This document shows positions 37,766-57,190 of a stretch of 64,000 bases of DNA, piece by piece. Under the pieces are notes generated by a model. The model had not been told where the DNA came from. It saw nothing but the letters and a program-made list of their open reading frames with translations, and did no database searches. This DNA comes from the human T2T-CHM13v2.0 reference genome, Homo sapiens. The DNA lies in the NCBI RefSeq assembly GCF_009914755.1, contig NC_060930.1; one strand, written 5' to 3'. How positions within the stretch are numbered: the first letter of the stretch is position 1; the number at the start of each line of letters is the position of its first letter. The position numbers and the translations under genes are program-made.

Positions 37766-40700
37766 AACCCAAAGGATTTCCGGCCTGTATCTGGGCCCAA
37801 GAGAGCAAAAGTGTCACAAACACACACAGTTTTAACCTTCCCTGATTCTCTGTGGAGTAGAATCTTCTCCCTTACTTCCAGTCAGACAGGTCCCCATGGA
37901 TAAGGGGGTACTGCTCTGCCTTGTGTGCCCTCAGTTTCCCTTTATGGAACTCTGTTCTGATCTCAAGCTTCCACTAGACCTGCTATTAGAAGTGCTGAAC
38001 ACTGATTTTCTGTGAGTATAAAGTAGTTAAAAGAAAAAAGAAATATATGTAAGGCTGTAGAGTTTCCATCTGTAGATATCAAGAAATGAGTATGAACTGT
38101 TAGGCATTCCCCAAGATTGTTGTTCAAAGATCCTCCCAAGTTTGAGACCTCAAATTCTTTCAGGTGATATTCATATCATTTACTCTTTTTTTTTTTAAAC
38201 TTAGAAAGTGAGTTGCAGCAAATTTTCTCCTGAAAGAATTGCAAAGATGAACCGTGGCCTCTTTCTATATTCATAATTTTTGTCTTAGGGTTAAAAAGAC
38301 TCCCCCAAGGACAGAAAATTGTACCTAATGATACAGCCTAGAGCGCATGTTGTTCCTTTTGTCTACAGTACCTTCTACCTCTGGCTCAAATGCACTCTGG
38401 TCACTGATGCACCTCCAGTTCTCACAGCTTAGTAAATTATGGTGTAGTGATCACGTCTATGTCCCTACTTCCCCAACCAAATTTTCTGAGCTATGCCAGG
38501 GTGAGGATGTGGCCCTTTTCATCTTGTAATTCCCAAAAGTCTGTGGTGGAGTGCAGAGATGACCACTAAATGAAAGAATCACTCGTACTGGTTGAAACAA
38601 TACCAATAAATACCTTAGGTTCTGTGGTGAACACAGATCAGTAAATAAATGTTGGGCAATCTTCCAGTCTCTCAGTGTCCCACGGTATATCTGTTCCCCC
38701 ATAGGGAGCACAGCTAGAGCTCCTTTACCTACGCTGCGGGGACACTGATTTGCATGGGGAGGCCTGGTGCAAGGCCTCTGCTGGGTATGAGCAGCAGTAC
38801 AAGCCTTTGAAGGCTGTGTGCTGTTCAGAACTTGGAGCTGGTTGGGGGCCTCCGATGCCCTGTGCTGACAAGCTGGCCTGGGGCTTCTCCCCACTAGAGT
38901 CTTCTCTATATCTCAAGGTATGCACATCTCTTCCTGGGCACACAGGCAATGGGCTAGACAAGCATCTCTCTCCTCTAAGGCTTGTCACCAAGCATTCCTT
39001 CCTTCCAGGGGGTGGGGTTTGGAAATTCCCACTTAATATAGCCCACCTTCTGTCATTTGACATTTTCTAACACTGGAGTGGTGGTTCCCAATCTCTTCAC
39101 CATCAAGGAGGCTTAATTTCTTCCCTCTCTATTTTAATACGGTTTTAACTACCAAACAGGATCCTCTAAGTGATCATTTGTTTTCTTATACTGTTCATCA
39201 GAGAGATGTTTAAGATCAACATGAAGATGACAAAGTTACATCATTTGCTATTCAATATTGGAAAATACATCTCACCCCATATTGAGATCCTAGTCTGGGC
39301 TAGCTGAGTTACGGGGGCTGCTAAAACTCTAGTAATAGCAACAGCTGTCTGCCTTCCATTCTCCTGCTATGGCACACACTTCTTTCCTTCAGAATCACAC
39401 CCCCGAGATATATGATTCATAACCTTATGGCTAGAAAAAAGAGGACATGATCATTCTACAGGTCCCTTGCTCCCTTGAATTACCTCTCCTGGGCCCATTA
39501 AGAACAGGCACATGAAGAAAGAAACCCAGGGTTGTGCCACAATCGCACAAAAATCTGTCCACAGATAACACCTCAAGGAGGTAGGGCCTGCCCACCTGAA
39601 TCACTGTTGTCTACATAATGCAACTTAACCATCCTGTTCTGCGTTTAGCTATTCAAGACTTTTGTAACCAGTCCCTGTGGTATGGGTTGTTTTCCCAATT
39701 GTACCCTGACTGAATCACTGGGTATCATGTCAGAGGAGGGGGACCTATTTAACCTCTTTTCCCTGGTGTCCTGGAGCCCAGGGGCTCCTACGTGGCAATG
39801 GGTGCCAGATACCCTTCCTCAGCTAGGATATAGGGGTCCAGATTTCCATAATATCTATAGATTGATTTACTTAAAACTTATTTGTTGTCAAAATACAAAT
39901 ACCCTGGGCTTAGGAAGAAATTAATACTTATCAAGACTATGTCAAATAAAAACAACTACCACTAACTGAAACCACTTAGTTATCAGATATATTATACATA
40001 TCACTCCATGTAATCCTCCCAACAAAATGATGTCATCTAAGAGATGAGAAACTGGGACCCAGACCAGTGAAGCCCCATGGCATAAGTCACACAGGCAAGA
40101 AATGGTAAAGCAAAAATTCACACCTACGTCTTCCTGGGCTTTGCCATAACGCACACTGGCTTCTTCACTGTGGCTATTGCCTGACAGAATGAGACTCAAG
40201 TAATTACAAGGATTCATCAGAAGGGAAAAGCTGACATGACCAGAACTAGAACACAGCCCAGGGAATGCAAGTCTGGGTAGATCATGGTACTCGAAGCCCA
40301 AGGATCATTTGAAAGAGGTTTAAAAAAATAAAAAAAGGAGTAAAATGCACAAGTGAAATGGAGGTGAAACTTAACTATAGCTTAATTTTTACTTCAAAGA
40401 CTGCTCAGCTCATTTTGGGAATGTGAGGGGAATTAAGAAGATTCTGGATAGGTTTGTAGGAGAGGCAAGGTGTGTAGGGTATATGTGGGGACAAAGGGAG
40501 CAATTGTATCCTAGACTGTATCCAATAATTTTCTGGGACAAAAGAGAGCAAATGTAGACGTGGGGAAGTAGTAGCTTGAGTGGTATCAGGTGCCAGAAAG
40601 AAGACCAAGGGAAAAACCTCTGATGACCATGGGGATAGTGTAAATTGAGTAGCAAGAGGAAGGAGGACTGCAGAAGTTCAAGAATGATGAGAACTGAGGA

Positions 40701-40791
40701 AACGAAGATAAACACAGAGATAAACACAGACAACTTCACTGCAGCGAAAGAGAAGATGGTGTTACACAGGTAAGCAGGATCAAGAAATGGC

Positions 40792-41407
<616 letters not shown>

Positions 41408-42606
41408 AAGAAATGGCTTTTAAAAATGCTGATTTGAAAGCAAAAGAGAAGGAAGTAGAGGAGAGATTTATGATTTTAAGAAAAAGGAGGAATATGAAGG
41501 ATCAACTTTGCTCTTTTCACCAGCCAAAGGGCATATTCTAGAAAGATGGTTTTAAACCTTCTCTTCCTGCATTTGTAAGTGTGCAAAGATGCCATGCCTT
41601 TATTTCTCTAGAACTGGTTTTTCTTCCTCACAAGTCTCTCATCCATAACCTTAGTCCAGCCCAATGGACAAAACCATGAGGAACCTCAAACACCCTTCCA
41701 AAAAGATTTAGATTTTACTCAAGAGGTGAAGGAGAATCATTAAAGATGACTGAGTAGGGGAATACTATAGTCAGAGTTTTTTGTTAGAAATATCACTGAG
41801 GCCATACAGGGGAAAGACTGGGAGTGTGGCAAGAGAGTGAGACCAAATGCTCAGATAAAGGTAGGGAGGCAATTGTTATAGTCCAGAACTGAAATAGGAC
41901 AGTGGAAGTGGAAATGGAGGGAGGGGACAACAAAGACATGTTTAGAGATATCAGAAATTGACCATTAAAATAGGCATACAGGAAGGGAAAATGTATCTCA
42001 TTAATTAAGAAAGCAATGGCATACTGGATACCAACAGCAAATAGCAAAGAAATGGTTGTGTGGGTGTGTGTGTTTTTTTTTAAGGGAAAAAAATGAGGAT
42101 AAAGGGAAGAGAAAGTGATGTTACTAACCCTCCATGTAATGATAATCTCCAAATAGCTCTTCCCAGCAGTTCCATACTTAAGGGTCAGGATCTCCATTCA
42201 GGGATCTTTCTGTGGTGCTCTAAAGGGGCAGACTGAGGACTTTAAGGGCTATCACTTTCAGGTGGCTTTCTAAGCAGCAGAATTCGTGGGATGAGGAGGA
42301 CATGCTTGTTCTTTACAGATTCACTGAAGTGAATCTGGGGGCTGATCGATGATAACACTGTGTTGATCCCAGAGATGACAAAGGGGCTGAGTGTGAGATA
42401 ATGGAGTTCCTGAAACCCCTACGATGAATATGTCCACCCTTCCTTTTCATCAGCTGCTAGTCCCTATCTCATCCTTCTCCTGTCCCAACCCCATTATTCC
42501 TAAATCTGAGCTCAGGCTTGCCAGCACCTCTAGGAGTAAATCACAAGACTGAGACCAGAGCAACAAGAAAAGCAGAGACAAATGACTCAACAAGACAGCC
42601 ACAGGA

Positions 42607-43282
<676 letters not shown>

Positions 43283-45187
43283 AACAGAAAATCAAACTCT
43301 AACACCATCACCTGGGTAGTTCCCTCCATTCTCCTATGACTTCCAATAAGTCATTAGCAGATCACCTATCATCTCTTTAATTTCTTCAAAAACAAATAAA
43401 ATCTCAAACTTGCATTTGGGAAACTGAGAAACTTTCAGGAAACACAGAAACACATCTTCAGGACCTTGGACAGCAGAAAAAGGACCACCCCGCACACACC
43501 CCCACCCCACCCCGGCCTCCCCACAACACATGACACCCACGCCAGCAAGACTGCTGAGGAAATGTGACACCTCAACATGCTGATGAGGGAAAGGATAAAT
43601 AAAGGGCTATATAGTCATCAATGGAGAGTGTTCAGGGAAGGTATGAAGACTCAGGCTACAATAGTCAAGAGGAGCCCTGGGCCCTACAGAATGCCTAGTC
43701 CAACTTCCTAATACTCTGAGCCAGAGAAGGACATTCTCTACACCTACATTACAACTTCCCTCTTCAGACATTGATTTTTAAAAGAATATATAGAATAGAA
43801 TATTGATATTGAGACTTTTTCCAATTCCTTGGGGAAAAATGCATAAAAATATAACTTGCAGTTCACGGATCTAGAAATAGCCTTACAAATGATAAAGAAA
43901 ATTTCACAAAGGTAAAATATCTCATCAAGGTAGAGTAACACAAGAGCTGTTGACCCAGTATTAGTCCTTGGACATCCTGACTTCTGTGCAGTGTTTTTCT
44001 CTTTGTAGTTGGTAAGTGGCTAAAGATCTGGATTCTTCTTCTAGCTCTGCCATACACCAGATGTGTGACCTTTGGCAAATTACTCAATCATGCTGAGCCT
44101 TGGGTTCCTTCTTTGAACTGAGCCCCCACCCCCACCCCACACGTCAGGCACTATTAGGGAATGAAAAACAAAACCAATCTCCATGCTAAAGTAGCTCTCC
44201 AGTGTAGCACAGTTCAGATATGAAAATATCAATAATCCAACAATACTAGTTAAACATATAAAAGTAGTACAGAGAAAAACATTAATAACCTGACATTTAG
44301 AGCAAGATTAGGAGGGCTTCACAATATAAGCAAAGGGAAATCCAGGAAGAAGAAACAGTAAAAGCATCAAGCGGTGCAACAAGACATTAGATTTAGGAAA
44401 CCATCAATAATTTAGTTTTGATGGATGGCAATGGTGGTGGGGAGAGACATGGGGTAATGAAACCTATCATATACTGATGTTGTGGAAGTCCAATGAGTCA
44501 CTATAGATAATCATTAGCTACTATTATGCCAACAGCTATCCCTATGAGAAAAACATTCCTTAATTTAACATTTATAGAAAACCTCTGTTTGCTCCCTATA
44601 CTAGGGGCAGCTCCTTTTGGTCCCTTCCTAAAGAAATAGAGCCAGTTTGAGAAACAGGAAAATCAAGTTCCATACTTTCCTAGCCTATGAAATACCAGTC
44701 AAGAGGTAAAAGTGCTTCCTCTGTCAATATCCTGATTCTTCCACTGAAATGTCACTTAGCAGAGCACATCTTTTACTTGTGCGATTTGAAAACAAGGCTT
44801 TGCCTAAAGACCAGGGTATGCAAGGGATCACCTCTGGGACGATCTCATGGCACTGAGCACTCAAGCAAGGTGGTAACATAAGAGTCAGACTTGATAAAAG
44901 TCCATTTCCCAGGACCACTTGACAATAAGGGCACAGAAAAGTGCTCTGAGGAATAATCTTCATGCTATTACCATTTTCAACCTCTTGTACTTAATACTAA
45001 TTTTCTTAGCTTCCTATAATTAGATATGTACATATGAGCTAGTAGCAGCCACAGTCCTACAATCTGACTAGTTCATGCCCAACTGCATGCCTGCATCAGG
45101 GACATCTGGCTATTGTAGTGTCATGGAAACTCTCCTCTCTGGTGAAGAGTATCTAGAGACACCCATGAGTTTTATTATCTATACCCT

Positions 45188-45639
45188 GTACTGGTTTGAA
45201 CAGTGTCCCCCAAACTCATGTCCACCCAGAACCTCAGAATGTAATCTTATTTGGAAATAGGGTCTTTGAAAATATAATCAAGTTAAGATGAGGTCATACT
45301 GAATTAAGGGTGGACCCTTAATTCAATGACTAGTTTCCTTGTAAGAGGGACACTTGGATGCAAAGAGACCCACCCATAGAGAATGTGATGTGATGATGGA
45401 GGGAGAGATTGTAGTGACAAGCCTACAAGCCAAAGAATGCCAAAGATTGCCGGCAAATGCCAAAAGCTAGGAGAGAGGCATGAAATAGATGCTCCCTTAG
45501 ACCCTCCAGGAGGAACCAACCTGGCTGACACTTGGATTTCAGACTTCTGGCCTCCAGAATTTTGACCAAATAAATTTCTGTTGTTTTAAACCACCCAGTT
45601 TTTGGTAGCTTGTTAAAGCAGCCCTAGGAAATAAATGCA
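45188..45639 (+). mobile_element. MaLR solo LTR (MLT1B/C-like)
   Basis: acctcagaatgtaatcttatttggaaatagggtctttg...ataaatttctgttgttttaaaccaccc. Confidence 0.8.
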
Positions 45640-45860
45640 TACCACCACCACTCCATCTATTTTCCTTCTATGTGCCCAACATTTATCTTCTCAGAGGATG
45701 ATTATAAACCCTAGTTATTGTATCAACACACGGGAAGGGACACTGAGCAGAACAGCAGGAGAATGAACAATTAGTATCAGATTAGCAACTTCACAGGTAA
45801 GGTAAAGGGCATGGGAATTTACTTCTCAAGGCTCTATAATATGAGACTCTTTAAAAACCC

Positions 45861-46382
45861 TGTGGTGTTTTTATATACATCTACAAGTTCTGTGATATGC
45901 TTCCTTTGAAAAAGGCAGAGCCTAATTCCCCTCCCTTTGAGTGTGGTCAGTGCTCGATGACTTGCTTTTAACAAACAGAAGTGACAGATGTGACTTCTGA
46001 AATTAGGCCATTAAAAACAATGTAGCTTTCTCCCTGCTCTCGCTCTCAAATCACTTGCTCTGGGGGATGCTAGCAGCCATGCCATGAAGACACTCTAAAA
46101 GGAGACTTATGTGACAGGAAACACACCTTCTGCCTCAGGCACACCCAGCACACCCTGCCAGGCACATGAGTGAGCTACCTTGGAAGAGGATCCTCCAGCC
46201 CTGCTCACACTTTCAGAACTGCAGCCCCAGCTGATATCGACTGGAACCACATTAGACTCTGAGCCAGAGCCACTCAGCTATGCCATTTCCAGATTCCTAA
46301 CCACGCAAACTGTGAGACAATACAAGTTTATTGTTTTCAACCATTAATCTTTGGAGAAAAACAGGGCAATAGATAATTAACA
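45861..46382 (+). mobile_element. MaLR solo LTR (MLT1E/F-like)
   Basis: tgtggt...tcacttgctctgggg...aactgtgagacaatac...caatagataattaaca. Confidence 0.7.
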
Positions 46383-46474
46383 TAAGAACCTTTAACATAG
46401 TCTTCAAGTCCTAGTAAGTACTCTTCCTGCCTACAAGACACCCGCTATGTGATTTCTTCCTGCCTCTAACATAC

Positions 46475-46688
46475 CTCTGAAACAAGTGCAATTCCAAATC
46501 CCTTAACCCAAGCTAGAGCATAGAATTCACAGGACCGCTGCCTTTGTCCTCCTCCAGCTCAGAGACTGATGTCTATATCATGAATGCGCTAAGAAAGGGA
46601 GAATCACGAGTGGAATCCAGTATCAGTAGCTGGGAGCAAAAGACACTTGCGGTAAGGGTCCTCGGGTTTTTCACTGCAAGACTTTTAC
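46475..46688 (-). ncRNA. HCG18: Candidate HCG18 internal exon
   Basis: Minus-strand acceptor ttttttgacag|G and donor GAG|gtatgt in non-repeat DNA. Confidence 0.5.
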
Positions 46689-48206
46689 CTGTCAAAAAAA
46701 TTAAAATGGAAAAGAAAATTTAATCATTTGAAACAAACATTCATTGAGTACCTTCAATGGCAAGCATAGTACCAGACAGCAGGCATAAAAATGGTCCCTG
46801 CTTAGAAATTCACAGGAATGACAAATAGGTTTTGTAACAGAAGCTACTGCTGTACCATTTATATTCCCTTAGACCAAGATCTGGCTACAGAATTTGTGAA
46901 TCCCTGTGCAAAACAAAAACGTGGGGTCCCTTGTTCAAGAATTTCAAGAGGACAGCAGCAGACCAGTAAACCAACTCCATAGGTATATGTCCATGAAGCT
47001 AGCCCTGCCTCAGGCATTCACCTCTGTGTGAAGGCTACTAACTGCTCTTTCAGTAAGCTTTTTTCTGGCTGATTTGGATGCTTAATTTGCACCAAGGGAA
47101 AGCTTAATATCCCTGAAAGCAGCACTCAACCAACGGCAAAATGGCAGTTGGTAGATAAATGCTCCAGCTTCTTCCCCCCTTGGGTGGTATAACTGAGAAC
47201 TATTCTAGTGTTGAGTTTTCCAGTGGGATTGAGATGCAAGTGTCCACAGTGTAATTGGGAGATTCCTTAAGATTACCTCTAAAATAAACTACTTATACTC
47301 ACATTCTTATCTCACAGTCTGCTTCTTGGTAAACCCAAACCATGACATCTTTCATCTTTCAAGCCAACTCTAACTTGGAATACAGTAAAATGAAAAAAAT
47401 CTAAAGCTGCATCTCATTCAACAGGAATGAATGTAATATAGTAACGCTGGCCCTCACCATGGCAAGGAAAGTGGTGGCTCTTTAAATCTGAATGGTGAAA
47501 GACCTTGTGTTTGGACTTTGAGACAAAAAGCTGTTAATGAAGGCTGTTAAGCAGCAGTTACAGGGTCTTATTTTAGAGCTACTTCTTTCCGTAATGTACA
47601 AGTGGATCAAAGTGTGGCAAGGCTGAAGGTAGGAAAACCAATTAGGAAATGAGAAACTCGCAACTGGTAAATAGGACAGGATATCTACCTGGATGACTAC
47701 CCACATCATTGACCAAAATGGAGAAAGCACACTAAGTTGTCAAGAATAAATCAATCTGTGTCACATAAGTGGCCACAAGTACTGGGATCACCTACCCATT
47801 GAGCCCCTGAATTTAACTAGCAAGGAGTGGGAAATGAAGAAGGCCAAGGGGCCGATGATGAGCACTGGGAACTGATGGCTCTTTTTGATACTAAGACCAA
47901 ATTAGGAACACGAAGCACTAACAATGCTGCCGCATCCACCACTGATTTTCACCACGGAGTGCTTAGCAAAATCAAAACAAGAACTTGTATCCTAAAGATG
48001 ATATCACATGGGCCTACTGAACACTAATCTTACGACTTTTTAGGAATTTAGAGATGATCACTCCATGAGACACTGAAATGCTGTCTAGCTTGGCAAGGTA
48101 GAAGTCTGTTTCTCTGACATGTGATGGCCTTGTTGTAGGTAGTCTTGGACTAAAATGCTGTCAGCAACATAGACTTCCTCAGTGTTCCTGCTCTGGAACT
48201 CCCAAG

Positions 48207-48382
48207 GCAGTGGTTCCCAAAGTCTGCTGCACACTGGAATCACTTGATTTTTTTAAACAATGATGTCTGGCTTCCACCCTGAGACATTCTCATTTGATTG
48301 GTACACATGGTGTGACCTGGGAACCGGGATTTTTAAAAGTTCCCCAGCTAATTCTAATGTGCAGCAAAGTTTGGAGGTGACT
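48207..48382. mobile_element. MER5A1-like MITE
   Basis: cagtggttcccaaa...ctaatgtgcagcaaagtttg. Confidence 0.65.
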
Positions 48383-49434
48383 ACCCTAAGGAACTGGGCC
48401 CACCACAGGGTCTGACAGGGCTTACCGCCATACCTGTACTGCACTCCAAACAGTGGGACAAAGCAAGGGGCATGAACCAGAAGCTGCACACACCATCTCT
48501 GCTCACCCTTACTGGCCAGTCACATGGCCATACCTGGTTGCATAAGATGCTGAAAAATGTAACTTGTATTCAGCCAGCCATGTGCCCAGCTAAAATTTTT
48601 TATTCAGGAAGAAGAGGAAGACAGGTACTGGAAGATAACCAGCAATCTCTCCCACCCCCACGCTTGTCTTTTTCAAACAGAAGCAGCCCAATCTGGCAAA
48701 AGTACCGATCCTTAGATCTGGAGACAAAACTCAACAACGGGCTTCTCTGACTTTTGTCAGACATCTTGCACATCACATGTAGATAGAGCCAGAGACTGTA
48801 ACGCATCATTGTCAGCGGGAAGAAGATACAAGCTTGGAGATATGCATCAGAATGACTACCCATGCAAATTCTTGAATTTTCACCTGAGGGAGGTGTTGGA
48901 GGAATAAATTGTTCTACGGGACAAAATCAGGTGCAATATCAAAATTCCATGTACCCACTCTAGTTGACTGAATACAGTGAAGCATTTCCAGTACAACAAT
49001 ATAGGAAAACTTCAAATAAAGGGGTATTCTCTAAATTCCACTAAATACATCATCTTTGGCCTGAAACTATCTTGTTAAGCTACTTGTTGAGACTCTTCAC
49101 TCTAGATATGCTTGGTGCTGCCTTTGCATTCAAGTCCTGTTTTCCAGACGAAATACAGACATAATCCAATTGTAATTTCATCACCATGCATCTTGGATGC
49201 TGCAGTTAGCCTAAATGAAATAAAATATACTAATCATGAGTGACAGTGATTTTTTTAATCGTAAAACGTATTATCAAGCTATTTATAAGTAAATTTCACA
49301 TTACAAATAAGGCATTAACTAAACCACTGCTTTACAGAAAATCACTTAATGACACTCTAGTATTATATACTGTTTACAGATTAAAAACTTAAGTTTAAAA
49401 AGGTAATTTGTTTGAAGTCACATAGCTAGTAAAC

Positions 49435-49484
49435 TACTAGTTATAACTTAATTAAGAGTACATTGAATTAAGTTATAACTAGTA
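49435..49484. repeat. Perfect 19-bp inverted repeat with a 12-nt loop
   Basis: tactagttataacttaatt-aagagtacattg-aattaagttataactagta. Confidence 0.9.
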
Positions 49485-50434
49485 AAGGACTAAACTTCTA
49501 GACTTGAACTTCTGATGGTCTGACTTCAAAAATATCTTATTTTTAAAATCATAGCACGGAGCACCTTGTATATCATGATATAGCTATATTACTTTGCAGG
49601 GTTTTTATGTCTAAGTTATTTTCTCCTCCTGTTCCACTTCCACCCTCCCATTCACTCTCTTCTCTCCTAGTAGACAAAGTCCTTACCTGTCTGCCAGTCC
49701 CCAACCCCATGCATGCAATTACCTCATGGAAGGACGGAAGGGGGGCAGGGAAGAGGGGACCTCCTAGCCCACCACCTTCCAACACACCTCTGCAGAGCCC
49801 AGGCCCTTTCAGGCACCCCAGTCACAGCCACACCAAGCTTCTAGCTACTGCTCAGCACACACTTACCACCTGGTTTCCCTGTGCTTCTCATTTGTAATTT
49901 TGGATTTTAGTCTAGTTCAGACATTCCTTCAATTCACATTAAGCATCCATTTCCTCTCTGATATTCTTGTCTCTGGTCCCTTTTTTGTCTTATCCATTTG
50001 GACATCTATTCCTAAGCAAAACATTCTAAATTCTATTTTCATTATCTTACTCCTTAGCCCAGATCACCAGAAGCTCCCTACTATCAACACAAATTGGAAA
50101 ATCTCTGGTGTGATTATGAGGAGACCATTCAGTATTTTCTTTGACACTATTAAACAACATTGAGTTTGCCTAATGTCAGTACTAAAGGCCAGGTTGTAAA
50201 ATAGTAAAACCTGCAGTGGTCTCTAAGGCAACTAGCTGTTTATTATAGTAGTTGGGGAAAGGAAGATATAAAAAATCTTCTAAGGAACTTTATTATAGAT
50301 CTGTTTACTTAGGTAAAGCATATACAGGAAGATGCGGGAATCATAATAAATGCTTATGAAGCAAAACTAAATGCACCTGTACTGCTACATCCAGATTCAC
50401 ATACAAACGACAAAGAGCTTATATCCAGACTGCA

Positions 50435-51630
<1,196 letters not shown>

Positions 51631-52434
51631 AAATAAACAAAAAACTCCTTCATAAGAAAAAGATTGATGACTCAATGGAAAAATGTGAGCAGAACAGATG
51701 TTTCAGAATAGAGAATACCAAATGGCCTATAAACATAGGACAATATATACTATCTGATTTGTAATCATGGAAAATACTCAGTAAAAATGGCCAAAATTCA
51801 AAAGTCTGAAAATACCAAGTACTGAGAGAATGTGAAGCAATAGGGACTCTGCACTGCTTGGTGGAGCTGCTGTGAGCTGATACTAGGGAGAATGAATGGA
51901 TCTGGGAACAGAGATTAACATGTAAATAGTTCTCTTTGACACTGAAAGGGTCTGTTCAGGTGCGAGTACACTCTGGGTCTAACAAGGGAGGGCAAGAAAA
52001 AACAACAGTTCTCTTTGGTGGGTGTAGATCTTAGGCAGATAAAGAAACTTCAACTTATTTGAGAGAGGAGGTAGGGGATGGGGAGGTCACAGAGAACTCT
52101 GGGTTTCTTCAGTTTACTATGCCACAGCACCATATTTTCGGGTATGAGTTCTGAGCCCCACAATGGCCATAAGCACTTAACCACAGACCTAGTGACGTAT
52201 GTATAAAATATACACTAGATTCCAAAGACTTAGTATACAAAAGAACATAAAATATCTTATTTGTAATTGTTTAAAACTGATTACATGTTAAAATGATAAT
52301 ATTTTAAATATAATGGGTTAGGTTGGTAAAATAAAATATATTATTAAAGTTAATTTTAACTGTTTCTCTTTACCTTTTTTAATGCAGCTATAATTAGAAA
52401 ACCACAAATCATATAAGCGGCTTGCATTATATTT

Positions 52435-52727
<293 letters not shown>

Positions 52728-53545
52728 TCGCTTCCATTATATTTCTATTGGACAGCACTGCTCTGGAGAAAAATTAAGATTCTCCTTTTACAGGATATTT
52801 TTAAAAAATATTTAAATGTAAGGAATAAAAAATATTGTAAGAAACCGAAGAAAGCAAATTAGAATCTGGAGGTCAGGATGGATTTCTTAATGAGGACAGG
52901 TAGGGGTGTGTGTGTGTGTGTGCGTTTGCATGCATGGACACACGGATAGGGCAAGCACACATACATGTGTGCATATGTATGAGACTGATAAACAATCCAA
53001 TAGGAAAAATGGGCAAAGGATAGAATTGAAAATGCACAGAAAATCTGAATGGCAAACAGTAACATAATCAAAATTACTAAAGGAAGAGAAAATTAAAAGT
53101 AACTAAGACTTCTCTTTATTGGCTGGGAAAAAAATAAAAACATAAATAATATGTATCTTTGCTGGGCAAGTGGGAAGGGAGCAGGATCATACATTGTTGT
53201 AAGGAAATGTAAAGGTTAACAGCCTACTGAGAAAGCAATATGGCAACATCCATCAAATTAGAAACATGCCATATCCTTCGACCCAGAAACCTTTCTCACA
53301 AAAATCTACCAGCACATGACATGTGTTCAGAAAGTTATTATTGTAATACTGTGTAGCAGAAAAAAAGAGGAAACTAAGTATCAATAGGAAATGAAGTAAA
53401 TGCCTATCTACTGACAAAAGGTTAAAAACATTACCTGCAAAACAAGACCTGTTATGGAATTATTAAGGATTATAAATAAAAATATCAGCAAATTTTTAAA
53501 AATATGAAAATATCAGGAATGGCACCACTGTAGGAAAACAGACTA

Positions 53546-54294
53546 CAGTAGTTCCCTCTTATTCTTGGGAGATATGTTCCAAGATCCCCGGTGGATGTCT
53601 GAAACCACTGATAGTACTGAACCCGATTGCTGTTAATAGGAAGTTTTTTTTGGTGATGTTTCCCACCCACAATTTTAATGACTTTTCTATCTTAACCAAG
53701 TGCTTAACATGCACTGTGGCTGCAACTTTTCCATTTTGAAGTGTGACAGTAAAACTAGCAAAAATTTCTTTTTCCTCCTTTATAATTTCAGGGATAGAAG
53801 ATTTGTTCTGACCATGGATCTTAGCAAACTCAGCATTTAAAAAATTTCCTTAAGTCAAGAACTTTTACCTTTTCACTTAAAAGAAGCACTTTATGGCTTC
53901 TCTTTTGTATATCCAAGTTGCCATCATTAGTACTCCTGCACTTTGGGGCCACTGTCATGTAAAATAAGGGTTCCATGAATATAAGCACTGTGATACTTAG
54001 GCAGTAAAATTGATAAGAAGGCTATTAAGTGACTAATAGGCAGGCTGCATATACACTGTGGATACTGGGCAAAGGGATGATGCAAATCCTGGGGAGGGAT
54101 GGAGTGGTATGGCATGAGATTTCATCATGTTCATCAGAATGGTGCAGCGCCCAATTTAAAACAGGAATTGTTTAGGTGCCAATTTAAAACTTAGGAATTA
54201 TTTCTGATATTTTCCACTTAAAATATTCAGACTGTGGTTGCCAAGAGTAATGAAACCTTGAGAAATGAAACCGAGGATAAGGGGAGGACTACTG
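53546..54294. mobile_element. Tigger-family (Tc1/mariner) non-autonomous DNA transposon
   Basis: TIRs cagtagttccctcttattc / ggataaggggaggactactg flanked by TA. Confidence 0.85.
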
Positions 54295-54339
54295 TATTTC
54301 ATGATATGCTGGTGTGGATAAAAATAGGTGCAACCTTAC

Positions 54340-55772
<1,433 letters not shown>

Positions 55773-56804
55773 CTTACGGAAAGATAATTGTAAAAATCTA
55801 ATAGAATTTTAAATTTCCATGCCTTCGAACCCAGCAGCCAAACTTCCAGAAATTTATCCTACTAATATAATGGCACGACGATCTAAAGAGATATGTACAA
55901 GGATGTTCTCGACAGCCTTTATTTAATAAGATGTGGAAAGAACCTTAAATGTCTACTCAAAATTGTTGAATAAATCACATGTCTACAAAATGAATAATGC
56001 AGACTTTAAAAAGAGTGAGGTAGCTCTATGTCACCAAACTGGAACAATAAAAGCCACTATAAAGTATAAAAAGCAAGCTGAAGACTGTCTCTATGTTTGA
56101 AATTTTTCATAATAAAAAATGAAAAAAATGGAGGGGGATTAGATATATTGCCTTTTCATGAGTAAGAATCTCACAAGTCTTGGACAATTAAACCCCGCCT
56201 TCATCCCTCCCATCTCATCATATCTGACCTCAACCAGTTTCCTACCTACACTGCTTATATGCCCATTTGCTCTATATGACTCAGTCATTTCAAGATTGCT
56301 TCTGTTTTCCCTTATTGATATAAAAATATTAAAAATGTATATTTAAAATTTGTTTAATTACATCCCATTATTACAGTTCATTTTTGCATATTCCTGTGTT
56401 GAAAATCCTTTGGTATAAATCAACATCAAAACTCGGTGTTATTCCACTTTTCTTGAACTGTAATCCTTTTTAAACAAGGAATATACCTTTTCTTGTTTAG
56501 AGAATATACGTACATTCATAAATCTTGGCAACTTTCAAAGGCCATAACAAATTTGTGTTAAGAATTCAGATCCCCTTTATTATTGTGGTAAACAGACAGA
56601 TGAAATTAAGAGATTATAGCTTGTTTTCACTCTCTCCCAATTACTATCGCTTGAAAAATACCGGATATTTCATTATTATCCTGTCCGGAGTCGGCAAACT
56701 ACGGTCTACTATCTGTCTTCGTATACGTCAAAAGCTAAGAATGGTTTTTACATTTTTAAATGACTGGGGAGGGAGGGCCAGAATCCAAGGGGAGTATTTA
56801 ATGA

Positions 56805-57190
<386 letters not shown>

